Of a DNA stretch of 64,000 bases, positions 53,720-63,830 are shown in pieces. Made by a program: the position numbers and the translations under genes. Numbering within the stretch: position 1 is the stretch's first letter; every line of letters starts with the position of its first letter. Below the pieces are notes generated by a model. That model ran no database searches, was not told where the DNA came from, and worked only from the letters and a program-made list of their open reading frames with translations. The DNA is from Polyangia bacterium (GTDB lineage Bacteria; Myxococcota_A; Polyangia; Nannocystales; Nannocystaceae). Where the stretch lies: assembly GCA_030424595.1 (NCBI GenBank), contig JAUHWG010000011.1:193130-257129 (forward strand), given 5' to 3'.

Positions 53720-55774
53720 ATGACGAGCAGATCACCAACCTCCCCAGACCTGATGATCGGGCGCACCGTCGGCACCCACTATGTGGTCTCGAAGCTGCTC
53801 GGTCGCGGGCTGCGGAGCGCGACGTACCTCGCAGAGCACCGAAGCCTGCACCGCGACGTCGTCGTCAAGCTGCTGGACAACCCGTGGGGATCCGACACCG
53901 CAGCTGCCGCACGCTTTGATCAGGCGGCGCGCTCCCTCAGCACCCTCGAGGCGCCGAACATCGCCGCGCTGATCGACTCGGGGCGGGATCCCGGGCGCGG
54001 TCTCTTCGTCGTCACGGAGTTCATCGTCGGCGACTCGCTCGAGACGTTCCTCGGCGATCGGGGGGCGCTGAGCCTCGAGGAGTTTGTCCCCCTCGCGGCC
54101 CAGATCCTGAAGGGGCTGGGGGCTGCGCATCTGCGGGGCCTCCTCCACCTCGACATCACCCTCGACAACATCTACCTGAGCCGGGACGACGCGGACCCGA
54201 GCCGAGGTCTCGTCCGCCTCCTCGATCTCGGGCTCGTCCAGCTGGTCGAAGGGCACGTGCAGGGGCATGTGCAGGGCCTCGAGGCGCCGACCACCGGGGA
54301 CACCCGCTACCTCGCGCCGGAGCAGATCAGCAACAAGCCGCTGGACACCCGGACCGACGTCTACGCCCTCGGAGCTCTCTTCTATCAGATGCTCGCGGGG
54401 CTCCCTCCCTTCTCGGGGACGGACGCTCAGATCATCTACAAGCACGTCAACGAGGTGCCGCCGCCGCTCGCCGATCAGGTCGACGAGCCGCTGCCCTCGG
54501 AGCTCATCGAGCTCATCGAGCAGTGCCTCAGCAAGGATCCGAACGAGCGCCCCGTCGACGCCAACGAGATCGTCGAGCTCCTGATCGACAGCGTCCCGGC
54601 GGCGCTCTTCCGCGGCTACGTACCGCCGCCCAAGGCGGTCGTCGCGGCCGCCGCTGCGGCCGTTACGAGCGCTGGGACCGTGGCGGACGACGATGCCGAG
54701 GACCTGAGCGACGCTCTCGTCGACGACGACGACGACGACGACGACATCGCGAACCCTGCGGCCTCCGCGGACGCCCGCGTCGCTGCGCCTCTCCTCGGCG
54801 TCGGCCTGACCGAGACCCAGGACGAGCAGCGGCCGGAGCCCGTCGATCCGAGCAAGCGCAAGCCTTCGATCGGCGAACTGTCGATCTCGGAGCCCAAGTC
54901 CTCGTCGAACTCCTGGACGGTCACCGACGAGGCCGTGACGAGCGCCTCCGGGGCGTCGCTGACGGTGGACGAGCCGGTCGCGACCCCTGCCGAAGAGGAG
55001 AAGAAGGGGGGAGGCACGGGCTTCTTCGTCTTCCTCCTGCTGGTCGGGATCGTCGTCGGCGCGATCTTTGTGGTCAAGCCCGAGCTGCTCGGCCTCGGCC
55101 CCAAGCCTGTCCCCCTGCAGCCAGCAGCGCCCCCGCCCGCGACCACGGTCGAGGCGCCGGTCGAGGATGTACCGACGCTCCTCGCCAAAGCCCAGGCCCT
55201 CGAGGCCAAGGGCGACGTCGTCGGGGCGAGCGCGGTCTACCACCAGATCCTCGCCGAGGACCCGACCCACGAGGATGCGACCGCACGCCTCGCGGCGCTG
55301 ACGGGGACCGACTCGGACGCCTCCTCGACGACGACCGGGACGACCGGGACGACCGGGACGACCGGGACGGAGACGACCGACGGCGGCACGACGACCGGCG
55401 GTGACGGGACCGAGAGCGACGGGACGACGACCGGGACCACGGGCGACGCGACGACCGGGACCACGACCGGCGGTGACGTCGACGCGGGGACGGTCGAGGT
55501 CGAGTTCGACGTCAAGCCCCGCGGCACCCTCTACGTCGACGGCAAGAAGCTCGGCAAGGTGCCCGGGACCCTGAGCCTCCCGCTCGGCAAGCACACCCTC
55601 AAGATCGACGGGGGCAGCCGCCACAAGCCGTGGGAGGAGAGCGTCGACATCGCCGTCGGCATGGCGCCGATGGAGATCAAGCTCAAGCGCAAGCCGAAGG
55701 ACCTCTCCGGCGAGAACATCGACATCGATCCGATGGCCGAAGGGCCCGCGACCGAGTTCAAGTTCAAGAAGTAG
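53720..55774 (+). CDS. Atypical/degenerate Ser/Thr-kinase-like protein (probable pseudokinase) with a TM helix, a TPR-like segment, a (TTG-T)n linker, and a C-terminal PEGA domain
   Basis: Kinase fold is recognisable (VVVKLL, LAPEQI, DVYALGALFYQML). The catalytic loop is HLDITLDN instead of HRDLKPEN, and DLG replaces DFG. TM segment GFFVFLLLVGIVVGAIFVV. PEGA-like C-terminus (VEVEFDVKPRGTLYVDGKKLGKVPGTLSLPLGKHTLKI). Confidence 0.7.
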   Translation: MTSRSPTSPDLMIGRTVGTHYVVSKLLGRGLRSATYLAEHRSLHRDVVVKLLDNPWGSDTAAAARFDQAARSLSTLEAPNIAALIDSGRDPGRGLFVVTEFIVGDSLETFLGDRGALSLEEFVPLAAQILKGLGAAHLRGLLHLDITLDNIYLSRDDADPSRGLVRLLDLGLVQLVEGHVQGHVQGLEAPTTGDTRYLAPEQISNKPLDTRTDVYALGALFYQMLAGLPPFSGTDAQIIYKHVNEVPPPLADQVDEPLPSELIELIEQCLSKDPNERPVDANEIVELLIDSVPAALFRGYVPPPKAVVAAAAAAVTSAGTVADDDAEDLSDALVDDDDDDDDIANPAASADARVAAPLLGVGLTETQDEQRPEPVDPSKRKPSIGELSISEPKSSSNSWTVTDEAVTSASGASLTVDEPVATPAEEEKKGGGTGFFVFLLLVGIVVGAIFVVKPELLGLGPKPVPLQPAAPPPATTVEAPVEDVPTLLAKAQALEAKGDVVGASAVYHQILAEDPTHEDATARLAALTGTDSDASSTTTGTTGTTGTTGTETTDGGTTTGGDGTESDGTTTGTTGDATTGTTTGGDVDAGTVEVEFDVKPRGTLYVDGKKLGKVPGTLSLPLGKHTLKIDGGSRHKPWEESVDIAVGMAPMEIKLKRKPKDLSGENIDIDPMAEGPATEFKFKK

Positions 55775-55904
55775 CCGCTCGCTCTATCTGTCCCTCGGGA
55801 CATTAGGGGGCGCTCTCTGGGGACACGGGGGGAGAGGCCGCCGTGACCTCGCGTCCCGTCGTGCCAGGACGAGGGGCGGAGCGCGGGACCCTCGCCGCGG
55901 GCTG

Positions 55905-56915
55905 CTAGAGCAGGCCGAAGCGGATCAAGTAGCGGTGACATCGACCGAGCAGGTGGTCGATGATCGCCGCGGCTGCGGTGTCGAGCTCGTCGGCGTTCGC
56001 CCGAAGAGCGCGGTAGATCGTCGAGCTGTGCCGCGCCTCGTGGGCGAGCGCGTCGAGGTGGGCGCGGGTCTCGGGGGCGGCGATCGCCGCGAGGAAGCGC
56101 TCGTAGGCGAGGAAGAGCGGCCCCGCCAGCGGCGCTGCGCCCATGGCCGCGAGACCGTCGGCGATCCGGACGAGCGGAGGCCGTGGGAGCTGGGAGCCGA
56201 GCAGGCCTTCGCGGGCGTCGTCGTCGAGCTCGGAGGCCCAGCAGAAGAGCACGAGGTTGGCCAGGTGCCAGACCTTGCGGGAGTGGCGGAGCTTGAGGTT
56301 GCGCAGGGCCCAGCCCTTGCCGGCGACCTCGACCTTGAACCGGTAGTCGACACAGATCGTCCGGTAGTAGCGGTGGAGGTCGTTGCCCAGGGCGCTGAAG
56401 AAGCGCCCGCTGGCGATCGCACCCTCGGTGTAGGCGCGGAAGATCGTCTCGCGGATCGCCCCACAGGCCGCAGGGGCGTGGAGGTAGGCCCCCTCGGTGA
56501 GGATCAGCGCGCGGTAGGTGAGGTGCCCGCTGGTGTCCATCTGGCCGCCGATGTCACCGACGAGGGCGCCGACCTCGAGGGCGCGGGCGAAGGTCTTGTC
56601 GGCGACGGCGAAGTCGAGCTCGCGGAGGAGGGCGGCGGCGGCGGCCCGTCGCTCGGCGGCCCGCAGCGCCGAGGTCTCGGAGCCGCGGTAGACGACCGCG
56701 AGGTCGAGGTCGCTGGCGGCGGAGGCCTCGAGGCGGCCGAGGGAGCCGAGGGCGAAGAGCGCGACGGAGCCGTCGTCGGCGAGGGTACGGAGCTGCTCTC
56801 GGGCCTGGAGGAGCCGTCGCCACGATCGATCGGCGCTGTCGATGATGGTCGGCACCCGCGCAGGATCGAGGCCGATCGCGACGGCCACCGCCCGGTAGTC
56901 GACCCCTTCGGTCAC
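55905..56915 (-). CDS. Nucleotidyltransferase-fold protein (DUF294 / GlnD-GlnE-like NTase plus substrate-binding domain)
   Basis: GS...DxD NTase motif (ALFALGSLGRLEASAASDLDLAVVY). GTG start at 56915 overlaps the upstream HD gene's stop (GTGA). Confidence 0.6.
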   Translation of the reverse strand: MTEGVDYRAVAVAIGLDPARVPTIIDSADRSWRRLLQAREQLRTLADDGSVALFALGSLGRLEASAASDLDLAVVYRGSETSALRAAERRAAAAALLRELDFAVADKTFARALEVGALVGDIGGQMDTSGHLTYRALILTEGAYLHAPAACGAIRETIFRAYTEGAIASGRFFSALGNDLHRYYRTICVDYRFKVEVAGKGWALRNLKLRHSRKVWHLANLVLFCWASELDDDAREGLLGSQLPRPPLVRIADGLAAMGAAPLAGPLFLAYERFLAAIAAPETRAHLDALAHEARHSSTIYRALRANADELDTAAAAIIDHLLGRCHRYLIRFGLL

Positions 56916-57976
56916 AGCTCGGGCGCCTCCGACGGGCTGAGGCTCGCGTCGAGCGGCAGGCTCAGCTGATCGCCGTCGCGCTTGGCGACGAGGACCATCT
57001 CTTGCCGCTCGTGGCGGTAGCGCGAGGACCACAGCCGCAGCGGCAGGCCGACCTCATCACCGAGGGTCCTGCGGTCGACGTAGTAGCGCTTGCGGGTCCG
57101 CCGGAGGAGCACTCGCCGGTCGCTCTGGGCGAGGAAGTGGAAGCGCTCGTCATCGCCGCGGTCGAGGCCGCTGTCGCGGACCTGCTCGCGGACCAGCGCG
57201 TCGATCGAGGTGTCGTCGAAGCGGTCGAAGCGGTCGAAGATCCCCCGGTCAAAGCGCTCGGCGACCGCCGACGAGAGGGCCGCCTCGCAGAGGATGTTGG
57301 AGGGGAGGGTGATGACGTCGCCGTAGACCCGGTCCTTGAGGGTCCAGAAGCGGTCGATCACCGGGAGGGCGGCGCTTCGCAGGCAGATCTCACCGTCGTC
57401 GCCGGCCGCGAAGAGGGCCTCCGGCAGGCGAAGCCCGCGGATCCTGAAGCAGCGGGCGGCGCGGACGATCCCGTCGAGGGTGTCGAGGTTGATCGGCGCC
57501 CGCATCACCGCCGCGAGCGAGGCGAAGTCGGGGTCGTCGACCTCGCCGCAGATGAGCCCCCAGGTCAGCTCCGGATCGATGCCGGCGGCCTCGAGGTCGG
57601 GGCGCAGCGTCCTCCCGCGGTCGATGGCCCCGTTGCCGCGGACCAGCCACTCCGAGACGCCGTGGTGGGCGACCCCGAGGGCGCGGGCGAAGCCGGGCTC
57701 GGCCGCGTGGGAGAGGGGGAAGTGGCCGATGTCGTGGAGGAGACAGGCGGCCAAGAAGGGGCGGCTGCGGGCCGGGTCGAGCCCCAGGTCGTCGCAGAGG
57801 CGGAGGCCGAGCGCGGCGACGCCGAGGGAGTGCTCGAGGCGGCTGGAGGAGCGGCGGCTGCCGGGGTGGTAGTCGAGGGTGCCGAGGAAGGAGACGCGGT
57901 CCAGGCGGCGCAGCCAGGGGGAGTCCATGAGGCGCTCGCCGAGGGCGGAGCGGAGCTTTGCGACGACGGCACGCAC
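56912..57976 (-). CDS. HD-domain phosphohydrolase-superfamily protein
   Basis: HSLGVAALGLRLCDDLGLD...LLHDIGHFPLSH (H..HD motif). Confidence 0.7.
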   Translation of the reverse strand: MRAVVAKLRSALGERLMDSPWLRRLDRVSFLGTLDYHPGSRRSSSRLEHSLGVAALGLRLCDDLGLDPARSRPFLAACLLHDIGHFPLSHAAEPGFARALGVAHHGVSEWLVRGNGAIDRGRTLRPDLEAAGIDPELTWGLICGEVDDPDFASLAAVMRAPINLDTLDGIVRAARCFRIRGLRLPEALFAAGDDGEICLRSAALPVIDRFWTLKDRVYGDVITLPSNILCEAALSSAVAERFDRGIFDRFDRFDDTSIDALVREQVRDSGLDRGDDERFHFLAQSDRRVLLRRTRKRYYVDRRTLGDEVGLPLRLWSSRYRHERQEMVLVAKRDGDQLSLPLDASLSPSEAPEL

Positions 57977-58065
57977 AGCGCGGTGAGGCTAGCAGCCAGG
58001 GGCGACGGGCGACACGGCGAAGAAGAGCCGCCGAGGTCCGCACGCGGGGCCACGGCGGCTCTACC

Positions 58066-58104
58066 GCGGACCCTCGCCGCGGACCCTCGCCGCGGACCCT
58101 CGCC
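58066..58104. repeat. Intergenic 13-bp tandem repeat (CGCGGACCCTCGC)x3
   Basis: Read directly. Confidence 0.8.
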
Positions 58105-58230
58105 GCTTTTGGCGAGCGCCCCGCGGCCCTCGCGGGCCCTCTCCGCTCCGCCGAGACCTGGGCGAGCCTGGCACTGCGGAGCTTCGTCGGGGGGACCCAC
58201 GCGGACCCCCGGGGCGCGCGAGCTCTCGCC

Positions 58231-59727
58231 CTACTTGTGGGTGATCATGTAGTTCATCAGGCTCGCGGTGTAGGCGAAGGGGTAGTTCTCGTTGTCCTGC
58301 CAGTCGTAGTCGGTCAACCAGAGGCGACCTGAGCCGAGGTCGCGGTATCCGATCGAGACGTTGACGTTGGTCCAGCCGGCGAGCGGGGTGATCCCTGGGA
58401 AGTTCTGGATCCCGCGGCCGCAGCCGGTGTCGCCGGGGGCGATCGCCGTCCAGGTGTTGTCGCTCCAGAAGGGATCGTCGACCGAGTACTGGAAGACGGT
58501 CGGCGCGACGTCGCGGCAGGATCCTTGGCTCGGCCCCTCGGCGACGGCCGAGAACGCCTTGGTGAAGATATCGTCGCTGTTGCTGTACTCGGTGAGGACG
58601 ATCCCGCCGTCTTGCAGGTAGGTCTTGAGGGTGTTGGCGTCGACGCTGTTGTGACCCGAGCGGGTGACGAGCATCGCCTGGTGGGTGTTGTTCGGGGAGC
58701 AGCCGACCTGGAGGGTCAGGTTGAGGCCGACCGCCATGGTCATCACGTCACGGCTCGAGCTGCCGCAGCGCAGGAGGTTCGGCCGGAGCTCCTGCGTGCA
58801 CTCGGCGGAGCAGCCGTCGTTGTCCTCGTTGTTGCCGTCGTCACACTCCTCGACGCCCTCCTGGACGATCCCGTCGCCGCAGGCCGCGGCCGCGCAGGCG
58901 TTGGTGCACTCGTCGGTGTCGACGTCGTTGCCGTCGTCACAGTCCTCGACGCCCTCGTAGACGATCATGTCGCCGCAGACCGCCGCGACGCAGGCGGCGG
59001 TGCACTCGTCGGTGTCGACGTCGTTGCCGTCGTCGCACTCCTCGACGCCCTCTTGGACCACCAGGTCGCCGCACTTGGCGTTCATGCACATGTTGGTGCA
59101 CTCGTCGGTGTCGACGTCGTTGGCGTCGTCGCACTCCTCGGCGCCCTGGAGCTCGCCGTCGCCGCAGGTCGCGGGGATGCAGGCGTTAGAGCAGCCGTCG
59201 GCGTCGTCGTCGTTGCCGTCGTCGCAGCCCTCGACGCCCTCGTAGACGTAGCCATCGCCGCAGACGGCGGCGACACAGGAGAGGCAGGCGTCGCTGTCAT
59301 CATCGTTGGCGTCGTCGCACTCTTCGACGCCGGCCTGGACCAGGCCATCGCCGCAGGTGGCGGCCTTGCACGTGGAGGTGCAGGCAGCGTCGTCGCCGTT
59401 GTCGGCCCCGTCGTCGCACTCCTCGTCGTCCTGGTTGACCTCGCCGTCGCCGCACTCGCCCATCGGCGGATCGACCATGGTCGTGCTGCCTGTCTCAGAG
59501 TCGGAGTCGGAGTCGGAGTCGGAGTTGCTGCCCGAGGGGTCAGTGTCGGTCCCCGTGGTCGTCGAGGTCGTCTCCCCTGTCGTGGTCGTGAGACCGACCG
59601 TCGTCGTGCTCGTCTCGGTGGCCGTGCCGACGCTCGTCGTCACGCTGTCATCGCCGCACGCTGTCATCGAGAGTGCGACGAGAAGGCCGCTAATCTGCCC
59701 TGCAAAGCTGATCTTCGATCGTGTCAT
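58231..59727 (-). CDS. Lipoprotein with a Thr-rich/(SD)n linker, 7 Myxococcus cysteine-rich repeats, and a C-terminal ~190-aa globular domain
   Basis: Lipobox [23 protein letters not shown] from (GACTCC)n. Seven [24 protein letters not shown] units. C-terminal domain without a recognisable motif. Confidence 0.8.
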   Translation of the reverse strand: MTRSKISFAGQISGLLVALSMTACGDDSVTTSVGTATETSTTTVGLTTTTGETTSTTTGTDTDPSGSNSDSDSDSDSETGSTTMVDPPMGECGDGEVNQDDEECDDGADNGDDAACTSTCKAATCGDGLVQAGVEECDDANDDDSDACLSCVAAVCGDGYVYEGVEGCDDGNDDDADGCSNACIPATCGDGELQGAEECDDANDVDTDECTNMCMNAKCGDLVVQEGVEECDDGNDVDTDECTAACVAAVCGDMIVYEGVEDCDDGNDVDTDECTNACAAAACGDGIVQEGVEECDDGNNEDNDGCSAECTQELRPNLLRCGSSSRDVMTMAVGLNLTLQVGCSPNNTHQAMLVTRSGHNSVDANTLKTYLQDGGIVLTEYSNSDDIFTKAFSAVAEGPSQGSCRDVAPTVFQYSVDDPFWSDNTWTAIAPGDTGCGRGIQNFPGITPLAGWTNVNVSIGYRDLGSGRLWLTDYDWQDNENYPFAYTASLMNYMITHK

Positions 59728-60023
59728 GATCCTGAGAGTGTAGGAGGAGGGCCTCGCCGGCCCCCGGGAATGGGCAGCACGCTGTCGTCGCCGACCGCGA
59801 CTCGGGGCCTCGGCGGTCAGGCGTCGACGCCCGCGGAGATCGCCCGAGACGGCGCAGAGCGGGCCTGGATGGGATCTGCACGGCGACGCTCGGAGGGGTC
59901 GACGAACGCCGCTCGCGCCCGGCCGGCGAGACGTGCGGGGCCTCGCACAGGGGTCCTCTGTCCGTGCGCTCGCAGCTCTGCGCGGTCTTGCCCAGGGCGC
60001 GAGAACGGGCGAGGGTAGGGCGG

Positions 60024-60899
60024 ATGGCTGAGACGACGTCCGATCATCCGCGACCTCTCCTGTGGCTGATGAAGAGCGAGCCCGACGTCTTCTCGATCGG
60101 GGATCTCGAGCGCGAGGGGAGCACCCCCTGGGACGGGGTCCGCAACTACCAAGCCCGCAACTACATGCGGGACATGATGGCCGCAGGCGACCTGGTGCTC
60201 TTCTATCACTCGAACACGTCGCCGCCGGGGATCGTCGGGGTCGCGAGGGTGGTCCGCGAGGCCTATCCCGATCCGACCGCCTTTGACGAGACGAGCGAGG
60301 TCTTCGATCCGAAGTCCTCCCCCGCCGCTCCGCGCTGGTTTTTGGTGGACGTCGGCTTTGTCGAGCGCTGGCCGAGGACGGTCCCCCTCGACGAGCTCAA
60401 GGCCGATCCTGCGCTCGCGGAGATGCTCGTGGTCCAGCGTGGTCAGCGGCTGAGCATCCAGCCGGTGGAGCCCGTCCACTTTCGCCACGTCCTGGCGCTC
60501 GGCGGCGGGCGTTGCCGTGTCCCTGAGGGGGCTGGATCGGTCGTCGGCGTCCTGACTGCGGGGTCGAAGGCGACGGCGAAGAAGGCGACGGCGAAGAAGT
60601 CGGGGACGAAGGCGTCGGCGACGACGACCGCGAAGAAGGCAACGAAGGCGCGGGCGAAGAAGTCGGGGGCGACGGCGAAGAAGTCGGGGACGAAGGCGTC
60701 GGCGCAGGAGCAGGCAACGAAGGCGCGGGCGAAGAAGTCGGGGACGAAGGCGTCGGCGAAGAAGAAGGCTACGAAGGCGACGGCGAAGAAGTCGGGGACG
60801 AAGGAGTCGGCGAAGAAGAAGGCTACGAAGACGAAGGCGAAGAAGAAGACCGCGACCGCGACGGCGACCGCGAATACGACCGCGAAGCAGACCGCGTGA
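60024..60899 (+). CDS. EVE (PUA-like) domain protein fused to a histone-H1-like Lys/Ala-rich C-terminal tail
   Basis: EVE motifs [15 protein letters not shown]...[28 protein letters not shown]. Tail with [17 protein letters not shown]-type repeats of about 90 aa. Confidence 0.7.
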   Translation: MAETTSDHPRPLLWLMKSEPDVFSIGDLEREGSTPWDGVRNYQARNYMRDMMAAGDLVLFYHSNTSPPGIVGVARVVREAYPDPTAFDETSEVFDPKSSPAAPRWFLVDVGFVERWPRTVPLDELKADPALAEMLVVQRGQRLSIQPVEPVHFRHVLALGGGRCRVPEGAGSVVGVLTAGSKATAKKATAKKSGTKASATTTAKKATKARAKKSGATAKKSGTKASAQEQATKARAKKSGTKASAKKKATKATAKKSGTKESAKKKATKTKAKKKTATATATANTTAKQTA

Positions 60900-60930
60900 C
60901 GCCGCGGCCGAAGAAGCGTCGGAGAACCAG

Positions 60931-61452
60931 ATGAAGCAGAACCTCGAGATCAAGGCGCGCCTCGTCGACAGGCAGGCGGCGAGGGCTGGAGCGCTGAAGC
61001 TGGGCGCGAAGGCGTCCCATGTCGAAGCCCAGCGCGACACCTTCTTTCACGCTCGCCACGGGCGCCTCAAGCTGCGCGTGGTCACGGGCGAGGGCGAGGG
61101 CGCGTGGCTCATCGGCTACGACCGCGGCGATCACAGCGAAGCGCGGATCAGCAGCTATACGCTGGTCGAGACCGCCGATCCCGACGGGCTGCGCGAGGCG
61201 TTGGCGGGGACCCTCGGGATCCGCGGCGAGGTGATCAAGACCCGCGAGATCCTCCACTGGCGTAACGTCCGGATCCACCTGGACGAGGTCGAAGGGCTCG
61301 GCGACTACCTCGAGTACGAGGCGGTGCTCAGCGACGCTGAGGGGGCGGACCGTGAGGGATCGGAGGAGTCGCTGCGGATCCTCTGCGGGGCGATGGGGAT
61401 CGAGGGCTCGGAGCGGGTCGCCGTCGCCTACGCCGACCTGCTCGGGATCTAG
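60931..61452 (+). CDS. CYTH-domain protein (class IV adenylate cyclase / triphosphate-tunnel metalloenzyme, CyaB-like)
   Basis: N-terminal ExK motif (NLEIKARL), RLKLRV, and the overall ~170-aa CYTH pattern. Confidence 0.7.
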   Translation: MKQNLEIKARLVDRQAARAGALKLGAKASHVEAQRDTFFHARHGRLKLRVVTGEGEGAWLIGYDRGDHSEARISSYTLVETADPDGLREALAGTLGIRGEVIKTREILHWRNVRIHLDEVEGLGDYLEYEAVLSDAEGADREGSEESLRILCGAMGIEGSERVAVAYADLLGI

Positions 61453-61539
61453 CAGGCTGGGGTGAAAGCCCGGCGCTGTGTGTGGGGGCTCGCGTCATGT
61501 GACAGGGCGTTCGTCGCCAGCTGACGCACCGACAAGGAG

Positions 61540-61790
61540 CGGACCTACAAGCTCAGCGAGGAGGAAGAGGACCTCTCCGTAGATCGGGACTACGAGCAGG
61601 ACGTCGGCAAGACGGTCGGGTCAAGGTCGACAAGCACACGGGACTTTCGCCGCGGGCTGCTTGGAGGCTGAGGCAAAGCTCTCGCTCGCTCTCGCTGGCC
61701 GCTCCGTCGAGACCTGCGGTCTGACCCGGTGCGGTGGGGGCGGTGGGTATCGAGGGCTCGGAGCGGTCGCCGTCGCCTGCGCGGACCTGC
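61540..61790. pseudogene. Coding-like remnant (GC3-biased frame DKERTYKLSEEEEDLSVDRDYEQDVGKTVG...) followed by a ~48-bp degenerate copy of the CYTH gene's 3' end (61743..61790 versus 61397..61446)
   Basis: GGGTATCGAGGGCTCGGAGCGGTCGCCGTCGCCTGCGCGGACCTGCT versus GGGGATCGAGGGCTCGGAGCGGGTCGCCGTCGCCTACGCCGACCTGCT. No intact ORF. Confidence 0.45.
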
Positions 61791-62323
61791 TAGGCCGTGG
61801 TCGGCTCCGCGGCGAGCGAGCGGCCGTAGACGAGGTGGCCGCAGGTCTCGCCGTGGACGGTCGCGATCCCGGGAAAATGCCCCCAGCGGGCCCAGCCGAG
61901 CTTCTCCAGGAGGCGCACGCTGCCGGCGTTGGTGTCGAGGAGGAGCGCGTAGCCGTGGCGAAAGCCGAGGCTCCGCGCCGAGCTCTCGGCGTGTCGGAGG
62001 AGGGCCGTACCGAGGCCGCGGCGGCGGTGTTCGCGGGCGACGTAGTAGCTGATCTCGACGGTGGTGCGGACCGCCGGGCGTCCTTCGCGGTACTTGCTGA
62101 GGGTCGCGTAGGCGACCACCTCGTCGCCCATCTCGGCGACGTAGAGCGGGTAGTGCGGGTCTCGGTGGGCGTCGAACCAGCGCTGCCGCTCGGCGACCGT
62201 GGTGGCGACGGTGTCTGCGGTCGTCCCGTCCTCGATCGCCTGGTTGTAGATCCTCGTCAGCGCCGGAAGGTCCTCCTGGCGGGCCTCGCGAATGTTGACG
62301 TCGTCGATCACAACGCGCTCCAA
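61790..62323 (-). CDS. GNAT-family N-acetyltransferase (phosphinothricin/MSO acetyltransferase-like)
   Basis: IREARQEDLPALTRIYNQAIEDGTTA...acetyl-CoA-binding motif A (RRRGLGTALL). Confidence 0.8.
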   Translation of the reverse strand: MERVVIDDVNIREARQEDLPALTRIYNQAIEDGTTADTVATTVAERQRWFDAHRDPHYPLYVAEMGDEVVAYATLSKYREGRPAVRTTVEISYYVAREHRRRGLGTALLRHAESSARSLGFRHGYALLLDTNAGSVRLLEKLGWARWGHFPGIATVHGETCGHLVYGRSLAAEPTTA

Positions 62324-62374
62324 GTCCTGCGGCCGCGGGGGGGCGGCGCCCTCGAGACTAGCGGAGAGCGGGGC

Positions 62375-62662
62375 TCAGCGGTGGAACTCGACGAAGAGCT
62401 CGACCTGTCCCCGGAGCTCTAGGTGATGGGGCACGGTCGGCTCGACGATCCCGGGGACGCCAGGGCGGAGCAGGCGCTCCTCGGCCGCGGTCGAGCCCTC
62501 GGGCGCGAGGATCCGGTAGAGAACCTCGCCGCGGAGGACATGGATCACCCCCCAGGTGCCGGCGCGGGTGCGGTGCTCGCCGAGGAGCCCTGCGGGGAGG
62601 GTCGCCTCGGTGAAGGTCGCGGTGCGCTTGTAGGCCTCGAGGCCGTCGGGGAGCGTCTTCAT
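62375..62662 (-). CDS. DUF1971-domain protein (small cupin-like; TehB-N-terminal-like)
   Basis: LP.GL..Y.RT..F......P.GLL..H.T..G.WG.I.VL.G.L.Y pattern. 95 aa. Confidence 0.55.
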   Translation of the reverse strand: MKTLPDGLEAYKRTATFTEATLPAGLLGEHRTRAGTWGVIHVLRGEVLYRILAPEGSTAAEERLLRPGVPGIVEPTVPHHLELRGQVELFVEFHR

Positions 62663-62674
62663 CGTCCGCTCGGG

Positions 62675-63766
<1,092 letters not shown>

Positions 63767-63830
63767 GGTCGAGCGCTGGGATGGTACCTTGTCGGCGGTC
63801 TCCGGCCCGCGCAAGGTCGGCCCCGGGGTG

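Noticed and set aside
49814-55624. Large overlapping ORFs 49814..51784(-), 51781..53775(-), 53732..55624(-) and 57002..58252(+)
   Set aside because: Arg/Pro/Gly-rich translations without domains, each antisense to a gene with clear motifs (holB/pspA, the membrane protein, the PEGA kinase-like protein, the HD protein).
58525-60018. 497-aa + ORF opposite the Cys-rich repeat lipoprotein, and 59817..61040(-) opposite the EVE gene
   Set aside because: These are repeat-driven shadow frames. The real genes show a lipobox with TIGR02232-type repeats and an EVE motif respectively.
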